From assembly GCA_963740355.1 (NCBI GenBank), contig CAVUDW010000002.1:2489537-2553536 (forward strand): a stretch of 64,000 nucleotides of DNA, given 5' to 3'. The stretch's first letter is position 1. Every line of letters starts with the position of its first letter. The position numbers and the translations under genes were made by a program. Below are positions 32,631 to 42,615 of this stretch, one piece after another. The notes under the pieces were generated by a model that did no database searches, was not told where the DNA came from, and saw only the letters and a list, made by a program, of their open reading frames with translations. The DNA is from an uncultured Gemmatimonadaceae bacterium. GTDB taxonomy: Bacteria; Gemmatimonadota; Gemmatimonadetes; Gemmatimonadales; Gemmatimonadaceae.

Positions 32631-32670
32631 TTCGGGATTCCTTCGGCAATAGTCTTCGGCAGTTCTTCGG
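32625..32670 (+). promoter_or_regulatory. Candidate lexA promoter with TTCGG-N6-TTCGG direct repeats (putative LexA box)
   Basis: TTCGG at 32631, 32642, 32655 and 32666 (two 11-bp-period pairs). -35-like TTGCAT at 32625-32630. Confidence 0.5.
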
Positions 32671-32737
32671 GGCGGTCGCCCAGCCTCGGCAATCTAGCGT
32701 AGTCACTTCGTCCTCTGTATCAGCCGGAGCCGGACCC

Positions 32738-33349
32738 ATGTCGCTCACCAAGCGTCAGCGTGAAATCCTCACCTTTCTTTCGCTCTACAGCGACGAGAAC
32801 GGCTACGCGCCTAGCTTCGAGGAAATTGCCGAGTATTTCGGCTTTACCAGTCTGGCCACGGTGCATGAGCACCTGAGCAACCTCGAGCGGAAGGGCTACA
32901 TCCGGCGCGGCTACAACGAGAGCCGGGCGATCGAGATCCTTCCGTCGGATTCGTCACCCCGATTCGTCGAGTTGCCGCTGTTGGGTCTGGTTGCCGCCGG
33001 CATGCCGATCGAAGCCGCGGTCACGGGCGAAACGATGGCCATTCCGCCGGACATGCTGCGGAAGACCGGGAACCACTATGTGCTCAAGGTTCGCGGCAAC
33101 TCGATGATCGACGAGCAGATTCGCGACGGCGACTTCGTCGTCGTGAACGAGCGGAAGAGCGCCGACAACGGAGAGATGGTGATCGCGCTGTTGGAGCGCA
33201 CGTCGGCCACCGTCAAGCGCTACTACCGTGAGAAGGACGGCCGCATCCGCCTGCAGCCGGCCAACGATGCGATGGAGCCGATCTTCACCGACGAGCGGAA
33301 CCTCCTGATTCAGGGTGTGGTCGTGGGTGTGCTCCGGAAGTACTCGTGA
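32738..33349 (+). CDS. lexA: SOS repressor LexA
   Basis: LTKRQREIL...PSFEEI wHTH, VAAG cleavage site, GNSM catalytic Ser, TVKR catalytic Lys. ATG 32738. Confidence 0.97.
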   Translation: MSLTKRQREILTFLSLYSDENGYAPSFEEIAEYFGFTSLATVHEHLSNLERKGYIRRGYNESRAIEILPSDSSPRFVELPLLGLVAAGMPIEAAVTGETMAIPPDMLRKTGNHYVLKVRGNSMIDEQIRDGDFVVVNERKSADNGEMVIALLERTSATVKRYYREKDGRIRLQPANDAMEPIFTDERNLLIQGVVVGVLRKYS

Positions 33350-33729
33350 GCGCGGCAGGATCGTTCCGAGGGTTGCGGACGGCGATTTACGCCGTGGCTG
33401 ACCTGCCGCGGGCGAAAGCCTGGTACACCGAGGTGCTGGAGCGCGCCCCGTACTTCGACGAAGAGTTTTACGTCGGCTTCAATGTCGGCGGCTTCGAGCT
33501 GGGCCTGATCCCTGAGCCGGAAGCGCCAGCGGAGCGCGACGCGGCGGGCGTGCCGTTCTGGGGCGTGGCTGATGCAGAAGTAGCGTATGCGCGGCTCCTC
33601 TCACTTGGTGGCCTCGATCATGAGCCGATTCAGGATGTCGGCGGGGGCGTGAAGATCGGCGCCGTCCGCGATCCGTTCGGGAACGTGCTCGGGGTCGTCG
33701 AGAATCCGCATTTCCGTTTTGAGGAGTAG
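33346..33729 (+). CDS. VOC/glyoxalase family protein
   Basis: AKAWYTEVL, GFELGL, QDVGGG, RDPFGNVLGVVEN. GTGA overlap with lexA. Confidence 0.85.
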   Translation: MSAAGSFRGLRTAIYAVADLPRAKAWYTEVLERAPYFDEEFYVGFNVGGFELGLIPEPEAPAERDAAGVPFWGVADAEVAYARLLSLGGLDHEPIQDVGGGVKIGAVRDPFGNVLGVVENPHFRFEE

Positions 33730-33842
33730 CCTCAAAACGACCCCGGAATCTCAAGTTGGGACGGTAAACATCCGAAACTGACGGGTGATCCACGGCCGGT
33801 CGCGACCACGCGCCAGCCTCTCACCACCGCTCGGATTTCGGC

Positions 33843-35033
33843 ATGCGCCTCGTTCTCCTGGACAATGAGCACCACGTTGCCGACGCCCATCGGCGCGCAC
33901 TGAGGACGGTTCGGCCCGAGTGGGACGTTGTCCTGGCGACGAGCAACGCGGCGGCCATTGCGGCGCTCGAAGCGGCGCCGGCCGACATCTTCATCTCGGA
34001 ACTCGGTCGGCCGCCGGCAGATGGTGTGGCGCTGTTCGAGGCGGTGAAGGAACGGTGGCCGGCAACCGTGCGAATCGCGCTCTCCGAATTTGCAGAGCGA
34101 AGTGTGGCACTCCGCCTCGAGCGTAGTGTGCATCGATTCCTGCACAAGCCTTGCGACACGTACATGCTGGCGATGCTGATCGAGCGGAGCAGCACGCTGC
34201 GCGGCGCGATCAGCGATCCAACGGTGCTGGCGGCGATCGGTGGACTGGAAGCGATTCCGCGGCCGCCGGTCACAGTGCAGGCTCTCGAGAAGGTGCTCGC
34301 TGATCCAGACGCGGGTGTCATCGCCGTGGCCGCCGTGATCAGTCGCGACGCGGCCCTCACCGCGCGATTGCTTCGCGTGGTGAACAGCTCGTTCTTCGGC
34401 GTGGGCCGTCAGGTGACTCGCGTCGACGCAGCGGTGAACTTCATGGGCGTGTCACTGGTGCGAGCGATTGCACTGGCCGACGGCGCGACGCGATCGTTCA
34501 AGGTTGCGCCGGATGTGCTCGACCTCGATGAATGGAACATGCACGCCGTGCGGGTGGCGGCTTCGGCGCGCGACATCACGCTTGCGATGTGTCCACAGGA
34601 CCGGTCGCTTGCTGACGAAGCGTTTCTCGCAGGCCTCCTGCACGATGTCGGGCAGGTCGTGATGGCGGGTGTCGCACCCACCGCATGGCGAGAACTCGAA
34701 ACACTGGCGCTCAGCGAAGCCACGCCGATCAACGATCTCGAGCGGCGCAGCGATCGGGTCTCACACGCATTGGTGGGTGCGTACCTGCTCAGTCTTTGGG
34801 GACTTCCGTCCAGCGTCGTGGAAGCCGTCGCGTTTCATCACACGCCGGAGCGTCTCGCCGGCACGATGTTCGACGCGTCCATCGCCGTCCACGTCGCGGA
34901 TGCGTTGGCCGCCCGTAGCCCAGGTCGCGCGGCCCCGGCGCTGCACTTGCCCAGCGTGGCTGGTGCGGGGATTTCTGACGAACAGCTCGACGCGTGGCGG
35001 TCTCGCTATGGCGCACTCGAGGTCGCGGCCTGA
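33843..35033 (+). CDS. Receiver-like + HDOD domain protein
   Basis: N-terminal REC-like fold ending FLHKP. HDOD motifs LLRVVNSSFFG, AGLLHDVG, HALVGAYLLSLWGLP, FHH. Confidence 0.85.
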   Translation: MRLVLLDNEHHVADAHRRALRTVRPEWDVVLATSNAAAIAALEAAPADIFISELGRPPADGVALFEAVKERWPATVRIALSEFAERSVALRLERSVHRFLHKPCDTYMLAMLIERSSTLRGAISDPTVLAAIGGLEAIPRPPVTVQALEKVLADPDAGVIAVAAVISRDAALTARLLRVVNSSFFGVGRQVTRVDAAVNFMGVSLVRAIALADGATRSFKVAPDVLDLDEWNMHAVRVAASARDITLAMCPQDRSLADEAFLAGLLHDVGQVVMAGVAPTAWRELETLALSEATPINDLERRSDRVSHALVGAYLLSLWGLPSSVVEAVAFHHTPERLAGTMFDASIAVHVADALAARSPGRAAPALHLPSVAGAGISDEQLDAWRSRYGALEVAA

Positions 35034-35087
35034 GCGGCTTGAGTCATCGTCGGCGGAACGGAGATGACCCAATACTGTCGAACCGAG

Positions 35088-36128
35088 TCAGGCGCTCCGA
35101 ACTCTTGACGCCGCCACCAACGCGTCGAGCACCGCCAACGCCGCACCCGTGTGCATCGCGCCCTTGACCTCCTCGACGAGGGGCGCAAAGTCGCCGCCGT
35201 CGCGATGCACGAGCAATGCGGCTGCGGCGTTGAGCGCCACTGCGGCCTGAGCGGCCTCACTACCGCCACCAGCCAGCACGGCACGTACGATCGCGGCATT
35301 CTCCGCCGGCTCGCCACCCACGAGATCGTCAGCCGAAAGGTGGCGATACCCGTAGTCCGCCGGGTCGATCGCCCACTCGCGCACATCCGCATCCGCACGT
35401 AATTCGCGGACATGCGTCACGCCCAGCGGTGAAATCTCATCCATGCCGGGCTCGCCATGCACCACCAGCGCATGCGTGGTGCCGAGTTCGCGCAGCGCAC
35501 CAGCGATCAGGTCGAGCCTCGCGCGATCGGCGACGCCAATCACCTGACGTCCAGCGGTGGCTGGATTGGCGAGCGGGCCAACCATGTTCATCACCGTCTG
35601 GATCGCGAGCTCGCGACGCACCGGCCCCACATGGCGCATGGCGGGGTGCATGAGAGGCGCGAACATGAAGACGATACCGACCTCGCGAAGGATCGCCGCC
35701 ATTCGCGCCGGCGTGAGGTCGATCTGGACGCCGAGTGCCTCGAGCACGTCGGCGCTGCCACTCTTGCTGGTGAAGCTGCGATTGCCATGCTTCGCGATGC
35801 GAACGCCGCAGGCGGCGGCCACCAGTGCGGCGGCGGTCGAGATGTTGAACGTCGACACCGCACCGCCGCCAGTGCCACAGGTATCGACCAGCGCATCTGC
35901 GGCGTCCGCATCGAGCGTGATCATGGCGCGGCGCAAGGCACGCGCGGCGCCTGCGACTTCCGATGGCGTCTCGCCCTTTACGCGCAATCCCATCAGGAGC
36001 GCCGCGACCTGCGCCGGGGTTGCGGCACCAGCCATCACCACGTCGAATGCAGCGCCTGATTCGTCCGCGCTCAGGCTGTGCCCACTCGCGAGCCGGCGCA
36101 CTGCGTGACGCAGCAGTTCGTCAGTCAT
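35088..36128 (-). CDS. trpD: Anthranilate phosphoribosyltransferase
   Basis: DTCGTGGG, FNIST, KHGNRS..SKSGSADVLE, GMDEIS. ATG 36128. Confidence 0.95.
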   Translation of the reverse strand: MTDELLRHAVRRLASGHSLSADESGAAFDVVMAGAATPAQVAALLMGLRVKGETPSEVAGAARALRRAMITLDADAADALVDTCGTGGGAVSTFNISTAAALVAAACGVRIAKHGNRSFTSKSGSADVLEALGVQIDLTPARMAAILREVGIVFMFAPLMHPAMRHVGPVRRELAIQTVMNMVGPLANPATAGRQVIGVADRARLDLIAGALRELGTTHALVVHGEPGMDEISPLGVTHVRELRADADVREWAIDPADYGYRHLSADDLVGGEPAENAAIVRAVLAGGGSEAAQAAVALNAAAALLVHRDGGDFAPLVEEVKGAMHTGAALAVLDALVAASRVRSA

Positions 36129-36177
36129 CGCGCGTTCTCCCACGACCTTGCCGCCACGTCGTCGTCCTGCCGCGCGC

Positions 36178-37482
36178 TCACGTTGCGGACAACACTGGCA
36201 AGAGCCGCTCGGCGAGGCGTGCCTGCGTTGCGACCAGCGCGATGATCAGCCCGAGGAGGCGCACGCGATCCACGTCGGCCTCGGTGAACACGCCCTGCTG
36301 GTTGCGATTGGCGATGTTGACGACGCCGACCAGGTCTTCGCGATACACGAGCGGGAAGCAGATGAAGCTGCCGCTGGTGAAGTATTCATCCTTGAGCAAG
36401 GGATGCTGGCTGGCTTGCGATGCGTCGGTCACGAGGATGACCTGGCGACTGGCGGCGACCTTGCCGGCCACACCGCTCCCGATGGCCACTCGATAGCCGT
36501 CGCGAACATCGCGCGCCACGCCGCGCGCAGCGGCCAGATAGAGCATCCCTGGCTCGGGAGCGCGCATCATGAGTGACACACGCTGCGCCTGCATGTCCTC
36601 GCCGACCAACGTGAGCAACTCGTCGGCCAGGCGACGTGGATCCGGCGAGCTCGCATCCATCGACAGCACACGGTCGATCAGGTATACCGTGCGCTCGCGA
36701 TCGCGCAGCTCTTCGTTGCGCCGATGCAGCTCGATGTGCGCCTGCTCGGTCTGGCCCAAAGCCGCTTCGAGTTGCTTTTGCAGGCTCTCGGCGCGGCGTT
36801 GGAAGCGACGCGCATCTTCCTGGATCCGACTGGTTTCGCGTTCCAGCTGCACGACTCGCGCACGATCCGCGCCGTCGTTGAGCACCTGTGCCTGCGAGGA
36901 CATCTTCGTTTCCAGCTCACCGAGGCGACGATCGTACTCGCCATGGATGCGCTGCGTCACTGACTCGAGGGTGATGACGGCCTCTCGCCGCGCATCGAGT
37001 TCCGCGAACCGGGCGAAGGCAAGATCGAACAGTGCCGCGTTCGGAAGAAACTTTTCGATCGTCCGTCCGCCGAAGAACTTCTTCGGTTCGACCACCGTGA
37101 GGACGCCCCCGAGCGCACCATCGAAACGCAGCCCGCGAATCGACAGGGTGGCATTTTCGACCGGCGGCAGGCCAAGCAGGCGCGCGAAGTCGGCCGCGCG
37201 CTCGGTGACGTCGACGAAAGTGGAGCCGGCGGCGATCCCCTGCCGGACGCCGATGGGGAGCTGATCGAAGGCGACTTCGAGCTGCGTCGGGCGCGACGAG
37301 CCGACGGTGGTCGGGCTCAGTCGGTCGGTGAGGAGCTCGCGGCGGCCGTCGTAGCGGAAGAACGCCAGATATGCGCCGCGATCCAGTTCAGCGAGCGCTT
37401 CGCCAAGCACACCGATCGCGCCGCCGAGATCAGGCGCGACGGCCAGCGAATGCGCCAGGGAAGCGAGCGTGCGAGGAGCCAT
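36178..37482 (-). CDS. GAF domain protein with central coiled coil
   Basis: C-terminal GAF (VSLMM, GSGVAGKVA, SFICFPL, VGVVNI, FTEAD) and a helical coiled-coil middle. ATG 37482. Confidence 0.75.
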   Translation of the reverse strand: MAPRTLASLAHSLAVAPDLGGAIGVLGEALAELDRGAYLAFFRYDGRRELLTDRLSPTTVGSSRPTQLEVAFDQLPIGVRQGIAAGSTFVDVTERAADFARLLGLPPVENATLSIRGLRFDGALGGVLTVVEPKKFFGGRTIEKFLPNAALFDLAFARFAELDARREAVITLESVTQRIHGEYDRRLGELETKMSSQAQVLNDGADRARVVQLERETSRIQEDARRFQRRAESLQKQLEAALGQTEQAHIELHRRNEELRDRERTVYLIDRVLSMDASSPDPRRLADELLTLVGEDMQAQRVSLMMRAPEPGMLYLAAARGVARDVRDGYRVAIGSGVAGKVAASRQVILVTDASQASQHPLLKDEYFTSGSFICFPLVYREDLVGVVNIANRNQQGVFTEADVDRVRLLGLIIALVATQARLAERLLPVLSAT

Positions 37483-37631
37483 CTGGTGGGTGGGGGTCAG
37501 TGCGGCGCAGCGCGTTCCGACGGCGCACTGCCGCCCCAAGGGTGACGGGCTCGTGCGGGGTTGTCAATCCGTTGTCCCATCACGACTTGGATTGCTTGAA
37601 GTCACTTCCCGGGCGGCCTAGCTTTGTCCCA

Positions 37632-38422
37632 ATGTCGCGCCGCACCTTCCAGTTGGTCGTTCAGTACGATGGCGAGGCCTTTGCCGGGTGGCAGCGACAG
37701 CCGGCGCAGCGGACTGTGCAAGGCGTGCTCGAAGACGGCCTTTCCCGCTTGATGCAGATGCATGTTCCGGCCATCGGCGCGGGCCGAACCGATGCAGGTG
37801 TGCACGCACTGGGCCAGGCGGTGAGTATCACGGCACCTGAAAAGTGGGAGCCAGAGCGGCTGCGACGCGCGCTCAACGCAGTCCTGCCACGCGACGTGCG
37901 TTGTTCAGCGGTGCACCAGATGCTGCCCGAATTTCATGCGCGCTACAGTGCCGTCCAGCGCCAGTACCATTATCTGGTCGGCACCGATGCGGACGCGTCC
38001 AGTCCGTTTCGATACAACCGGGAGTGGGCACTCGCGCACCCCCCTGCCCTGGATCTCCTTAAAGCCGAGGCCGCTTCGGTCGTTGGCGAGCACCAGTTTC
38101 ATGGGTTTGCCGTCAAAGGCACGGCGCCTGCGGACGACGATCATCGGTGCGACGTGCAGGTGTGTCGCTGGGAAGTCCGTCCCGGTGGATTGGTGCTGGT
38201 GATCGCGGCGAACCGATTCCTGCACCACATGGTGCGCTTTCTGGTCGGCACTATGGTAGAGGTCGGTACTGGTCGGCGACCGCCGGCACCGTGCGCTCGC
38301 TGCTCGACGCGGCGACGAATCGCGACGTCAGCCCTCCGGCTCCGGCCTGCGGCCTGTACCTTGAACACGTCAGATATCCGGCCCACTTGTACATTGCCGC
38401 GCCGCCAGCGGTCGCGGCCTGA
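37632..38422 (+). CDS. truA: tRNA pseudouridine(38-40) synthase (one frameshift near 38285)
   Basis: YDG..F.GWQ, AGRTDAGVHA.GQ, FLHHMVR in one frame. APACGLYL..VRY continues in ORF 38147..38422. Confidence 0.9.
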
Positions 38423-38427
38423 TCCAT

Positions 38428-39928
38428 ATGTCGAACGCCCTTTCCGTCATCACGCACCGCCGCGCGAGCCTGCGCATCCGACTCCGGGCCATGGCCCTTC
38501 GACTCACGACATTTTCCGGCGCGCTGCTTGCCCTCGCCTGTCAGGGCGTTTCGGCGGCCCCCAGTGATGCGCAGCGACCCGCAGCGGCAACGCCGTCGGT
38601 CGCCGCGCCATCGCGCGCAGAACAGGCAGCCGCATCGCTGCCCGTGTCGCGCCGAACCGCCATCACCGAGGCCGTGGCGAAGGTCGCGCCGGCAGTCGTG
38701 ACGGTGCAGACCGAAACGGTGCAGCAGGTCGCGGCCGATCCGTTCGAGATGTTCTATGGCGGTCGTAGCGGCCAGCGGACGCAGGCTGGCATCGGCTCCG
38801 GCTTCATCGTGCAAATCCGATGGCGTGATCGTGACCAACGCACACGTCGTCGCCGGCGCGACGAAAATGAGCGTCGCACTGCGCGATGGGCAGACGTACG
38901 ACGCCAAGTTGATCGGCATCGATGAACTGAACGACCTGGCCGTGCTGCGGATCAATGCGACCAAACTGCCCGTTGCGCCCATCGGGACGTCAGCCGACCT
39001 CGCGATTGGTGAGTGGGCCATCGCGATCGGAAATCCCTATGGCTTCCTGCTCGGCAACACGGAGCCGAGCGTGACGGCGGGCGTGATCAGCGCCACCGGC
39101 CGTAACCTGGTGCCGCAGCAGGGACAGGAAGGCGGAGGCACGTATGTGGACATGATCCAGACGGACGCCTCGATCAATCCGGGTAACTCCGGCGGCCCCT
39201 TGGTGAATGCGCTTGGCGAAGTGATCGGCGTCAACACCTCGATCTTCTCGCCCACCGGCAGCAGCATCGGTCTCGGCTTCGCAATTCCGATCAACCGTGC
39301 CATGCGCGTCGCGGATGACCTGGTAAAGCACGGCGCCGTGCGTCACCCGTGGATCGGCTTGCGGATTGCGCAACCCGCCGGGAACTCGCCACGCGATGTG
39401 CTTCGCTCAGGCGTCGTGGTTCGCAGCGTCGTGCTTGGTTCGCCGGCGGCGCAGGCCGGCATCAAGCCCGGCGACAGGATCGTGGTCAGCCGTGGTCGTA
39501 CGTTGCGCAACGTGTTCGACTGGGAAAGCGAGATGCTGGAACTGCGTGTCGGCGAAGCCGCGCCGATGGTCGTCAGTCGTGACGGTGTCAGTGAGCGAAT
39601 CACCGTCACCCCCGCCGACTTGCCTGAGGTTGGTGCGAAGAAAGTCGAGGTGCTGCGTGACGTGCAGTTGGTCACTTTGACACCGGCCATTCGCCAGGAA
39701 CGCAGCATTCGCTCGGCCCGCGGGGCGCTCGTCGTCAACGCCAGTGACCGGGTGATGGACCAGCTCGGAATTGCGGCTGGTGACGTGATCATCGGTGTCA
39801 ACCGCAGTTCCGTTTCATCGGCTGAGGAGGTGGCGCGTGCCATCGAACAGCTTGCCGGCCGCGGCGTCATCCAGCTCATCATCGAGCGGCGTGGCTCCAT
39901 GTACTCCACACAGTTCTACATCCAGTGA
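38428..39928 (+). CDS. HtrA/DegP-like serine protease with two PDZ domains (one frameshift near 38813)
   Basis: GSGFIV in ORF 38428..38925, then TNAHVV, DLAVL, QTDASINPGNSGGPL in ORF 38756..39928. The start codon is uncertain (38428 or 38491). Confidence 0.9.
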
Positions 39929-41367
39929 TGTCTTCGTCGCACACGAATTATTCATCGCCGTTGGCCGAACGGTATGCGTCCCCCGCCATGCTCGAGCTCT
40001 GGGGCGCGCAGAACCGCTACAGCCTGTGGCGACGGCTCTGGCTTGCGCTCGCCGAAGGTGAGCAGCGCCTTGGCGTCGAGATTCCCGACGAGGCCATTGT
40101 GCAGATGCGCGCGGCGGTGGACAACATCGACTTTGCGGCGGTTGCGGAGTACGAGCGCCGGTTTCGCCATGACGTGATGGCGCATGTGCATGCGTTCGGC
40201 GATGCCGCGCCAGCGGCGAAAGCCTTCATTCACCTCGGCGCGACATCGGCATTCGTGACCGACAACGCCGACCTGATCCTGATGCGCCGCGGGCTTGAAG
40301 TGCTGCGCTCGAAGTTGGCCGCGTCGTTGCGCGCGATGATGGTGTTCGCACGCGAGTGGCGCAACGAACCGACGCTTGGCTACACCCACCTGCAGTCGGC
40401 GCAGCTGACGACGGTCGGCAAGCGCTGCACGCTGTGGATGCAGGACTTCCTGCTCGACCTCGCTGACCTCGAGCACCGCATCGCGACTCTGCCCTTCCGC
40501 GGCGTGAAGGGCACCACCGGCACGCAGGCCAGCTTTCTCGCGCTCTTCGACGGCGATCACGGGAAGGTGCGCGAACTGGATCGCATGGTGACGCAGGCGA
40601 TGGGTTTTCCACGACCGCTGCCGGTGACGGGCCAGACCTACAGCCGCAAGCTCGACGCGCAGGTGCTGGGCGTCGTGAGCGGGATTGCGTCCAGTGCCTC
40701 GAAGTTCAGCGGCGACATTCGCATGCTGCAGGCGTTCGGCGAAATCGAGGAACCGTTCGAGAAGGAGCAGATCGGCAGCTCTGCGATGGCATATAAGCGC
40801 AATCCGATGCGGGCAGAGCGCATCGCATCGCTGGCGCGGTTCGTCCTGTCGCTCGAGCCAAACGCGAACCAGACGCATGCCGTGCAGTATTTCGAGCGCA
40901 CGCTGGACGATTCCGCGAATCGCCGCCTGGTGATCCCCGAGGCATTCCTCGCCTGCGACGCAATCCTGATCCTGGTCGCGAATATCGCGAAGGGGCTCGA
41001 GGTGCATCCGGAGCGCATCCGCCGTCGCGTCGATGACGAGTTGCCCTTCATGGCGACGGAAGAGCTGATCGTCAACGCGGTGCGCGCCGGTGGCGATCGC
41101 CAGCAGGTGCACGAGGTGATTCGGCGCCATGCGATCGACGCAGCACGTGCGGTGAAGGACAACGGCATTCGCAACGACCTGCTCGAACGTCTCACCGCTG
41201 ATCCGGAGTATCCCGTGAACCTCGATGTGCTGCGGAGTGTGATGGCGCCGGCCAGATTCGTGGGGCGCAGTGCCGAGCAGGTGGATGAGTTCCTGGCCGA
41301 GGAAGTGGAGCCGGCGCTGGCCGGGCTGATGACCGACGAGACCGCAGCCGGGGCCGTTCGTGTTTGA
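39928..41367 (+). CDS. purB: Adenylosuccinate lyase
   Basis: [30 protein letters not shown] signature. Confidence 0.95.
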   Translation: MSSSHTNYSSPLAERYASPAMLELWGAQNRYSLWRRLWLALAEGEQRLGVEIPDEAIVQMRAAVDNIDFAAVAEYERRFRHDVMAHVHAFGDAAPAAKAFIHLGATSAFVTDNADLILMRRGLEVLRSKLAASLRAMMVFAREWRNEPTLGYTHLQSAQLTTVGKRCTLWMQDFLLDLADLEHRIATLPFRGVKGTTGTQASFLALFDGDHGKVRELDRMVTQAMGFPRPLPVTGQTYSRKLDAQVLGVVSGIASSASKFSGDIRMLQAFGEIEEPFEKEQIGSSAMAYKRNPMRAERIASLARFVLSLEPNANQTHAVQYFERTLDDSANRRLVIPEAFLACDAILILVANIAKGLEVHPERIRRRVDDELPFMATEELIVNAVRAGGDRQQVHEVIRRHAIDAARAVKDNGIRNDLLERLTADPEYPVNLDVLRSVMAPARFVGRSAEQVDEFLAEEVEPALAGLMTDETAAGAVRV

Positions 41368-42304
41368 GGCGCGCCCGACACCGATCGGCGTCCCGACGAC
41401 GCGCTTGCCGCTCTTCCATGCCGCCCGCGGCAAGGTGCGCGATGTCTACGAGGTGGACGACGAGCGCTTGCTGCTGGTGGCCACGGATCGTGTCAGCGCG
41501 TTCGACGTCGTGATGCGCGAGGCGGTGCCGTACAAGGGCATCGTGTTGACGCAACTCACGGCCTGGTGGTTGAAGCAGCTCGAATCCGAAGTGCCGCATC
41601 ACATGATTTCAGCGGATGCGCGCGAGATCGTGCGTGAGGTACCCGAGCTTGCACCACACCTCGCGACCATCGCAGGTCGGTCGATGCTGGTGAAGCGCGC
41701 GCAGATCTTTCCTGTCGAATGCGTGATCCGCGGTTACATCAGCGGCTCTGCCTGGAAGGAGTACGCCGCCCACGGCACGCTCGCAGGCGAATCACTGCCC
41801 GCTGGCATGGTGGAGAGCCAACGTTTGCAGCCGGCGATCTTTTCGCCCGCCACGAAGGCGGTGACCGGGCACGATGAAAACATCACCGTCGACCGGATGC
41901 GAGCCGTCGTCGGCGAAGCACATGCTCGCCAACTCGAGGAGATGACGCGCCTCGTGTACGAGCGCGGTGGGAAGATGGCGGCCGAGCGTGGCATCATCAT
42001 CGCCGACACCAAGTTTGAATTCGGCATGTGGCATGATCGCATCATCCTCTGCGACGAAGTGCTCACGCCGGACTCGTCGCGCTTCTGGCCGGCCGACGGG
42101 TATGTGGCTGGTGGAGCGCAGCCGAGCTTCGACAAGCAGCCACTGCGCGACTGGCTCCACAACGAACGAATCGCGGGACGCTGGAATGGCGAGGCACCGC
42201 CGCCCACCCTGCCGGATGCGGTCGTCGAAGCCACCAGCCTTCGGTACCTCGATGCCTACCTTCGGCTCACCGGCACCGCGCTCGACCTCACGCAGTTCAC
42301 ATGA
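41360..42304 (+). CDS. purC: SAICAR synthase
   Basis: [40 protein letters not shown]. Confidence 0.95.
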   Translation: MFEARPTPIGVPTTRLPLFHAARGKVRDVYEVDDERLLLVATDRVSAFDVVMREAVPYKGIVLTQLTAWWLKQLESEVPHHMISADAREIVREVPELAPHLATIAGRSMLVKRAQIFPVECVIRGYISGSAWKEYAAHGTLAGESLPAGMVESQRLQPAIFSPATKAVTGHDENITVDRMRAVVGEAHARQLEEMTRLVYERGGKMAAERGIIIADTKFEFGMWHDRIILCDEVLTPDSSRFWPADGYVAGGAQPSFDKQPLRDWLHNERIAGRWNGEAPPPTLPDAVVEATSLRYLDAYLRLTGTALDLTQFT

Positions 42305-42615
42305 GTTTCTCTCGCGAGGGATATCCCTTCATGGCTGCGTGCGGCGCCGTCGCGTTCAGTGTGATGGCTGCAGCAAGCTGGCGTCGAAGCTGGTCGCTCT
42401 GGGTTCTGGGGTTCTTCGCGCTCGTGATCACCGCGTGGGTGGCATGGATCTTCAGGCGATCGCCAGCAGCCGCAGAGCCAGTTGCTGTCGCGGCATCATT
42501 GGTGGTGCGGTCGTCTACAACATCGATTGCCACTGCTGAAACTGGCCATGCCGGTTTGGCGGCGCGTCCTCGATCGCTGGCGGCGGGCGTGGCATCGACG
42601 GGCGGTTTCACTTGA
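42301..42615 (+). pseudogene. Truncated phosphatidylserine decarboxylase-like ORF (N-terminal membrane segment only)
   Basis: The N-terminus REGYPF...W.FR..P resembles Psd proenzyme starts and sits directly before pssA. Only 104 aa, with no catalytic or cleavage region. Confidence 0.55.

Noticed and set aside
38270..38830. Programmed frameshifting in truA and htrA
   Set aside because: No canonical slippery heptamer; single-base sequencing indels are more parsimonious given errors elsewhere.
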